From Azolla caroliniana (Eukaryota; Plantae; Polypodiophyta), in NCBI GenBank assembly GCA_043228905.1, contig JBHGNT010000711.1, positions 1 to 17,025 on the forward strand: a DNA stretch of 17,025 bases, in the 5' to 3' direction. Below, piece after piece: positions 1 through 6,214 of the stretch. Every line of letters starts with the position of its first letter. Positions within the stretch are counted from its first letter, which is position 1. The notes under the pieces are model-generated. The model made no database searches. It was not told the origin of the DNA and saw only the letters and a program-made list of their open reading frames with translations. Both the position numbers and the translations under genes were made by a program.

Positions 1-1278
1 GCAGTCGTCGATGTGCGTCGCCACGAATCGCCGGCATCCGTCCGGCCCGATCGTCTCGTCCTTTTCTTCCACCGGGCATCCCTTGATCGGGATGTCGTCC
101 AGAAACGGCATGGTGATGTCCGGGATACAGTCCCTCAGAACCTTGTTCATCGCATTCACCATGTGGGCCACCGAGTTGGTCCCTCCTTGCGGCAGTGTAC
201 ACATCCGAACTAGGCCGAGGGGAGTTCGCATCGTCGTAATGTCTCTGCTCTCCACGGCTAGCTGGAACTGGTCGTACCCTGAGTATAGATCCCCGACCGA
301 GTAAATTGACCTTCCGGCGAAGGCCTCCGCGAACTCGTCTATGGTCGGTCCGATCCCTGCGTTCCGAATGGTCACTCGATTGACCGGCTGCAGGTCCTGG
401 ATGAAGCGCAACGAACCGTTTTTCTTCGGTACGGTAAACCATCGATTTGAATATGGGGCGCTCGACGGCTCGAGAATTCCCATATCAACTTTCTGCCTCA
501 GCAGCTCCATCAACTTCGGGATGTGAGCTCTCGGAACCGGAATTGGCTTGAGATTCCATGGTACATGCGGTACCGTGAATATCACCATCGGCTCCACGAT
601 CGTCGGGTCAACGCACCCGATTTCCTCCGGCGAGAATGCGAAGGCTTTCCCGTGCCTTCCGAGCATTCTCCGAAACCGGTCTTCCTCCGCCGGCAGTAGG
701 AACCCGCCCCCACCTATTTTGAGCTCTCGGAGCGTCTCGTCGGTGAAGGTGTGCCCTATGCAGGCCGGATCTCGTAGACTAGGGTCCGATGCAACCCCTT
801 TGACTCTCGACGCACTGTCCTCCGGTAAGGGTGCCGCGACTGGCCTTACCTTCCGGTCCACAGTCTTGTACTTGGTGCTTACGTGGGCCGTCCGAACTGA
901 CTCGAGCCCTCGACCGAAGTCCGCGATGACTTCGTACATCTCCTCGGAACACACCGGTATCGTCCGGTCTTCGTTAAGGCCTTCTTCGACTACCTTTCCC
1001 AGCATTCCCAAGGTGTCGCCGAATGAGACCGCCTCCACGGCTCCGTTGATTTCCTCGTCCGGGCCGAGAACTCCGCACGCTCGAAGTCTCCCCTCCGCCT
1101 TTGTCTTCTCTCGGCCGCCGATGCCGACTATCTTACACGCTCCGCTGTCGGAGAACAAAAATTCCCTACCTATGGTACAAGGTTTCTTCGGTTTTATCGT
1201 ACAGGTGTGGGGTTTTCCCAGGGTGTCCGGACTGTCGCGGCCCCACGCCTTGGCAGCCCTCTCTAAAAATCCTCTCGG
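1..1278 (-). CDS. pol: pol (reverse transcriptase N-terminal part; 3'-truncated by window edge; probably expressed by -1 frameshift from gag-pro)
   Basis: Manual translation is stop-free from 1278 to 1: ...KYKTVDRKVRPV...VPHVPWNLKPIPVP...GILEPSSAPYSNRWFTVPKKNGSLRFIQDLQPVNRVT...SVGDLYSGYDQ...RMCTLPQGGTNSVA...MPFLDDIPIKG...GCRRFVATHIDDC. The RT catalytic FLDD is at 94-105. Absent from the ORF track because it runs off the window. Confidence 0.93.
1203..1272 (-). other. Candidate -1 programmed ribosomal frameshift signal (G_GAU_UUU heptamer plus predicted H-type pseudoknot)
   Basis: Heptamer at 1272-1266 directly before the gag UAG, then a 6-nt spacer. Stem1 GGGCUG(1259-1254)/CAGUCC(1234-1229); stem2 AGGCGUGGGG(1250-1241)/CCCCACACCU(1212-1203). 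pol is in the -1 frame and is closed upstream by TAA at 1281-1279. Confidence 0.75.
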
Positions 1279-3389
1279 TTATCGGAACCGAGGGAGTCGC
1301 GGTTACGCTCGTGGTTCGGCCTAACCGTCAAAAACTGGACCGAATGGCACCCGTCCTGGCTCTTGACCCGCGCATAGGCCGAACCGTTGTCCAGCACCTT
1401 GGTCTCCATTCGAGCCGCCGTGATGTACGGCTCTCCCAGTATGACGGGGTGCGATGACGACTCCTGCACGAAGAAGTGCTGGTCTATCTCGACATCGCCG
1501 ATCTTGACCCGTACATTCGGGCAGGCCCCGTGAAGTTCCTCGGTGGCGCGCGTCGCTGCCCTTATCTTCCACCCGTGCTTGGTGTTGATCGGCCATTTGC
1601 CCTTCTTATAGAAGTCCATGGACATCAGGTTGATTTCCGATCCGTGGTCCACCAAAGCTACTACCGGTTCCTGGACATCGCCGATCTTTACCGGGGTTTC
1701 CGTGGTCGCTCGGGCCCAGTGTGGCCGCGAATAGTGGCTCTCCGCCCACTCGTCTTCCAGCGCCATGTCGTCCAGGTGCATCGTCCGCACTTCCACCGGT
1801 CTTTCCGGTTCTGCCTCCGTTGACAGCCTCTTCCGTTTCACCAAGTCCACGATGGAGTCGTGGAACTCCTTCTTGGCGATTCCCAGCACCTCCCGTAGCG
1901 ACAGCTCCACCTTGCTGTCGAGAATCCGTTCCTCCAGGACCTTTCGTAAGTCCGTGGTTCTTTCTATCTCCGTCCCCAGACGGTATCCGCCCTTCTGGGG
2001 TTTATCTTGCGTACCGGCCCCGCCGGCTTCGTCCCGTCGTGGCCCGGACCGGGTCTCGTATCGTTGTGAGGGCCCGGTCGTCCCGGGTTTCCCCACCCGC
2101 TTCTCTTCTACCAGAGCCTCGTAGTTCCGGCAAGCGGCTTCCACGAAGCCCGTCTTTTCCTTGACCGGGTCGCTCCACCCGGTCATCTCCCGTACCCGTT
2201 TCTCCGCACGGTCCGATTCCTCCCTTTTAAGCCCTGCACCGGCAAAGCCTTCCAGCATCGTCGGCCAGAATCCGGCTTTGCTTTCCTTTCGGGCCTCGCC
2301 GCCCCCGACTCGAATACCGGCCGACGCCGAGTAGTGGACGGTTTCCGCATGTCGGGCCGCCGCCTCTTCCATCAACCTCTTCATTCCGCCTCGCCCGTCG
2401 TTTCGGTTTAGGGCCCTTCTCGTGTCGTTGGCGTGAACCCGGCCTTCCCATAGGTACACCACCCGGTTCCTCAGCGCCTCTGCGAAATCGCCGCAGTCTT
2501 TCCGGATGTGGCCGACCCCGTCGCACCACATGCACCTGTTCCCTGCCGCCGGCCGTCGGTCACGAGCCGGTTCGCCACCTTCCCTTCGGGCTTGCGTGAT
2601 TTGGAGGTCCTTTACCGCCCTCGTCAGTTCCTCCAACGCAGCCCCTCCAGTCGAGCCTCTGATCACGCCGGTCGGAGCTGAACCGGATTCCAGCCACTCC
2701 CGAGTCTCTTCCCTTCGCACCGGCTGCGCCGGCTCGAGTTTCCTCGCCGCGACTGAGCCCGACCCGGTTGCTCTGTCATCCTCCCATTCTCGTCGTTTGT
2801 CGAAACGGCCGCAGGCTCTCTTGACCGCCGCCCAGTCGGCCGTCAGCCCGTCTTCGGTTTCTAGCAGGGCGCCCACGTGACTCCGATCCCTCTCGTCAAC
2901 CGATCTGACGAACAGCAGGACCCGGCTTGTATCCAGGACCATCCTGTCAAGCGCCGAAAGGCGCGCGAAGTTCTCCTCGAACTCCCGGAGGAGTGCCGAC
3001 GCGTTTCTTCCTTTCCCGGGAGACTCCACCCACTCCATGAAGCTTCGCTTCGAAAGCCGGAGCGCGTCGTCCAGTCCGTATTTTTCCAGGAGCCGACCTT
3101 CGAACTCCTCCCAGGTACGGCTCTCCGCCCGCACCTCGAGCACCTCCGCGTGGATGCTCGGCATCGCCACTCGGGGAAAACCGGCAAGACGCCTGTCTTC
3201 CGGAATGTCCCGCATTAACATTTCCGCACCGTAGGACGCCAGGTACTTCGTGGCATCCTTTCCGGTGAATCGACCGATCGTTCCGACGACCGCCTCAATA
3301 GCTCTATCGAGGGCGCCGGTGCCCTCGCGCGCGCTTACAATCCGATCCATGGCCGAAGCCATGGCCTCTGCGAGATCCGACCCCCTCAT
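1263..3389 (-). CDS. gag: Gag-aspartic protease polyprotein (~708 aa)
   Basis: Part of ORF 1263..3596. The first ATG downstream of the PBS is at 3389 (MRGSDLAEAM). CX2CX4HX4C zinc knuckle CMWCDGVGHIRKDC at 2493-2534. Retropepsin motifs ALVDHGSEINLMS (DHG at 1641-1649) and VILGEPY. Stop TAG at 1265-1263. Confidence 0.9.
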   Translation of the reverse strand: MRGSDLAEAMASAMDRIVSAREGTGALDRAIEAVVGTIGRFTGKDATKYLASYGAEMLMRDIPEDRRLAGFPRVAMPSIHAEVLEVRAESRTWEEFEGRLLEKYGLDDALRLSKRSFMEWVESPGKGRNASALLREFEENFARLSALDRMVLDTSRVLLFVRSVDERDRSHVGALLETEDGLTADWAAVKRACGRFDKRREWEDDRATGSGSVAARKLEPAQPVRREETREWLESGSAPTGVIRGSTGGAALEELTRAVKDLQITQARREGGEPARDRRPAAGNRCMWCDGVGHIRKDCGDFAEALRNRVVYLWEGRVHANDTRRALNRNDGRGGMKRLMEEAAARHAETVHYSASAGIRVGGGEARKESKAGFWPTMLEGFAGAGLKREESDRAEKRVREMTGWSDPVKEKTGFVEAACRNYEALVEEKRVGKPGTTGPSQRYETRSGPRRDEAGGAGTQDKPQKGGYRLGTEIERTTDLRKVLEERILDSKVELSLREVLGIAKKEFHDSIVDLVKRKRLSTEAEPERPVEVRTMHLDDMALEDEWAESHYSRPHWARATTETPVKIGDVQEPVVALVDHGSEINLMSMDFYKKGKWPINTKHGWKIRAATRATEELHGACPNVRVKIGDVEIDQHFFVQESSSHPVILGEPYITAARMETKVLDNGSAYARVKSQDGCHSVQFLTVRPNHERNRDSLGSDNREDF

Positions 3390-3411
3390 CTTCTGCTCTT
3401 CTGCCGCCTCT

Positions 3412-3429
3412 TTCACGTCGGGTTCACCA
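3412..3429 (-). other. Primer-binding site complementary to the tRNA-Trp 3' end
   Basis: Minus strand reads TGGTGAACCCGACGTGAA, 3 nt after the LTR ...GACA end. The plus strand TTCACGTCGGGTTCACCA matches the 3' 18 nt of plant cytosolic tRNA-Trp(CCA) as recalled. Confidence 0.88.
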
Positions 3430-3432
3430 AGA

Positions 3433-4197
3433 TGTCGGGATATTATGCAAGTGCGTGTGGAATCGAGGCGGGACCGCGGGGGTCTCGAACCAAAGAGCAA
3501 GCGAGGGAGGGGAAAGAGAGAGAACCGGCTACGCAGGACCGGGGGTACACAGGGACACGGCCCTTCAGCACGGAGAACACGAACAGACACCGACACAGAC
3601 AGATGCGAATGGCTAAATGTGTATATTAAGAAAAACGGCTAACACGACTACAACCCTCGACGGGGCACAGGTTGGTTACGACCGAACAGGCCGGCGAATA
3701 GATGCCGATGCCTGTTCACTTCGACGCTCAAAGGGGCTGTAGCTGGTCGGAGGTGCTGCCGGAAGCACTCGGGCGTTCCTCGAAAACAGCGCGAGCCTCC
3801 TCGGAACCCTGCACGGAAAGCTATGGAGCTCAAGAAGGAAGGAAACAGAGAGCGAAGCGTCCCGAAACGGTCCGGCAGCACTTCGTCCTCTCTGCGCGAG
3901 ATATCTCTGCAACAGCTCTTTCCCGCTCCTTATATAGGCCGACGAGCAGGCCGTCCTGTCAGCTTTATTCCCTGTCCCTTTTGGACAGGGATCCGCTCCG
4001 TTTTTCACGCATCCGCGTAGTTACGCCGCCGACTCGTACAGTTCGCGCGGTCTTTGTCTCCTCTTGAGTTAGGGCCCGTTCCTGCCGATTATCCTCCTAA
4101 TTCGCTTCTATGTACTACTTGGAGCGTGCGCGCGTGAAGAACCAGTTCCCACGCCTTGGTGCGCCGATTCCGCCTATGGACGGTTTTCTTCACGACA
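3433..4197 (-). repeat. 5' long terminal repeat (~765 bp)
   Basis: Minus strand begins TGTCGTGA (4197) and ends TCCCGACA (3433): TG...CA with a 7/8 terminal inverted repeat. It abuts the PBS and contains a TATA box. The outer boundary could alternatively be 4217; the second LTR is outside the window. Confidence 0.8.
3930..3936 (-). promoter_or_regulatory. LTR TATA box (TATATAA)
   Basis: GGCCTATATAAGGAG on the minus strand within a GC-rich LTR, oriented toward gag. Confidence 0.65.
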
Positions 4198-4908
4198 ACG
4201 TGCGTAATAACGCGACAACGTGATTAATAACATACGCCAACCTTAAGACATAAATCACACTATTAGTCAAAATGGTTTTTGTTTTACAAATGTCGAGCCA
4301 ACTTTTTCAAATAATGCCACGGATACGATGGCTTTTATAGCGGACCGCCGAGACTGCGACTACTATCGACGACTACGATGCTTCAGTGTTGAATTAGTGT
4401 CTTCGGGTTGCTCCGTACTCCCTTCGATTGGTTGGTAAGCAAGGCAATCGAATCCCTTCACAAAGTTGTCCACGAGTAACTAGCTTGGTGATGATGAAGA
4501 CCACGACAACCTCCTGAGAAGAAGATGAGGCACCGAAGAAGAAGTGACGGAAATAATAAAATATATAGAATAACTCCTTAATTCGCGATGCCAAGAGATT
4601 CGATCTCTGCACCCTCTCTACATAGTCAATGGGTGACTATGTACAAATTATATTTCAAATTATCCTACTTTGATATACAGAGTCTGCGTTTCCCCTACTT
4701 TTGTCATGTCCCCCACGTTTTCTAGCTTCAAGCAATGCCACATCATGACAACATTTGGAAAATGATCTGCTTTGTTCTCTAGGCACATGTTGGTATATAT
4801 GCGTTTTTCTATTCTCCAAGCATACGTTAGTAATTGCTTTGTCCTGGTCTAATTTGTTCTTTGCGCACACGCAAGCATATTATTATATATGCTCTATTTT
4901 GGTCTTAG

Positions 4909-4933
4909 AAGACGTTAATATATCTTTCTTTCT
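4909..4933 (+). repeat. Dispersed 25-bp repeat, copy 1 (AAGACGTTAATATATCTTTCTTTCT)
   Basis: Exact reverse complement is at 6844-6868; runs into a (CTTT)n tail. Confidence 0.8.
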
Positions 4934-5307
4934 TTCTTTCTCTTCTACTTTGCCTCGTCCTCTCTTGATGATAAGTAAAGAGTTCACGAAAAACGGGCTC
5001 AACTCAAGCATAGTACGTTATATACTCGAATGCATTGGCAAACATTCATTTTCATACAAATGCAAACAAATGCGTAGGTTATCAAAACATTCTTATGTTT
5101 TTATTTTTTAAAAACACTTTTTACCTTAAAAAAAATTTACCTTATAATAAATAATGAATACAAAAGTATGGTATTTACTATACCCCGAAGGAAGGATTAA
5201 AGCATTCACGAATGCGAATGAAGAATGCACGTATGGTTCAAACTTCATACAATGGGCCGCGCTCAAAGTGTGTAATGATATGAGTTAGTTGGAGAAATTA
5301 AGCATAA

Positions 5308-5491
5308 AAATAAATACGAATAAATCGACGAATACAAATAAATACGAATAAATCGACGAATACAAATAAATACGAATAAATCGACGAATACAAATAAATA
5401 TGAATAAATCGACGAATACAAATACATATGAATAAACCGACGAATACAAATACATACGAATATTTCGACGAATACAAATAAATACGAATAC
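5308..5491 (+). repeat. 28-bp minisatellite, ~6.5 copies (AAATAAATACGAATAAATCGACGAATAC)
   Basis: Units start at 5308, 5336, 5364, 5392, 5420 and 5448, with a partial unit at 5476. The first three are identical and later ones diverge. Confidence 0.95.
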
Positions 5492-5494
5492 ATA

Positions 5495-5577
5495 GAAGAA
5501 AGAAAGAAAGAAAGAGAAAAGAAAAGAAAAGAAGCGCGAGCAGAGCAGAAGAGAAGAGAAGAGAAGAGAAGAGAAGC
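5495..5577 (+). repeat. Purine-rich microsatellite (GAAA)n/(GAAAA)n/(AGAAG)n in the proximal promoter or 5'UTR
   Basis: Directly visible, immediately upstream of ATG 5603. Confidence 0.85.
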
Positions 5578-5602
5578 AGCGCAGGGTCTGTGCTCTGCAG
5601 AC

Positions 5603-6214
5603 ATGACGCGCGTCAAGGTCAAGGTCCTGTCCACAGGATTGCACATCTTTGATCCTCCTTGCCATGTCCCATCCGAAGACGACGACGTGGATGGAGCAGG
5701 AGCAGAAGCAGAAGCAGAAGAAGAAGAAGAAGAAGAAGACGAAACGATCAATCACAAGAAGAGGAAGCGGGGCCTCGGTGGTACCGATGTTGCCGGATAC
5801 GCGTTTTATAGGCCTGATTATTGCAGTGATTCTGCGCAAGGGACGTCCTCTAGTGATGAAGACGAAGGAGAAGTGCCGAAACTCAATGTAAGGTCTTCTT
5901 CGACGTCTCTTCTCCAAAGAGGTGTTGTTGGCTATGATGAGCGGGATGCAATCTCAGGGGTTCATTCTCATCAGAGAAGTGGTATTCGTTTAAAAGTGAA
6001 GTCATGGAAACCTCCTCCTGATGGTGGCAGTGGCAGTGATGATTCCGTGGGGGATCGATCTTGGAGCAACGATCTCTACAAAGGTATGCATTATTCAAAG
6101 AAGAAAATTTGTATAGAAGCGCCTCCTTATTATAATGCAAAATCAAAGGAACAAGGATCTAATCCTTACCGACGCCACGAGATTAACATGGAGGAGCTGA
6201 GAAGTGCACTTACG
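5603..6214 (+). CDS. Bromodomain gene exon 1 (acidic poly-E tract, KKRKR NLS-like motif)
   Basis: Open frame from ATG 5603; donor ACG|gtaaga at 6215. Confidence 0.8.

Larger units (their letters stand above)
1..4197 (-). mobile_element. Ty3/gypsy LTR retrotransposon, 5' portion (LTR-PBS-gag-PR-RT; continues beyond base 1)
   Basis: Order on the minus strand is LTR, PBS, gag with CCHC knuckle, aspartic protease, then RT. RT follows PR with no integrase between them (gypsy order). Markedly more GC/CpG-rich than the flanking host DNA. Confidence 0.95.

Noticed and set aside
3390-3596. N-terminal extension of gag in the ORF track (start 3596)
   Set aside because: It uses a non-ATG start inside the LTR and crosses the PBS; ATG 3389 is more plausible.
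11-3642. Many + strand ORFs (e.g. 548..1324, 258 aa) antisense to gag/pol
   Set aside because: Shadow ORFs expected from GC-rich coding sequence; no recognisable motifs.
4300-4560. Moderately GC-rich stretch with acidic/basic codon-like runs (..EEDEAPKKK*)
   Set aside because: No sustained ORF or splice model; a gene or TE remnant cannot be supported without a search.
5308-5491. CRISPR-like appearance of the 28-bp repeats (also the 45-bp array at 13856-14009)
   Set aside because: Head-to-tail units with no unique spacers, a eukaryotic context and no cas genes.
5263-5917. Minus-strand ORFs of 162 and 210 aa
   Set aside because: Low-complexity translations of the minisatellite and microsatellites, antisense to exon 1.
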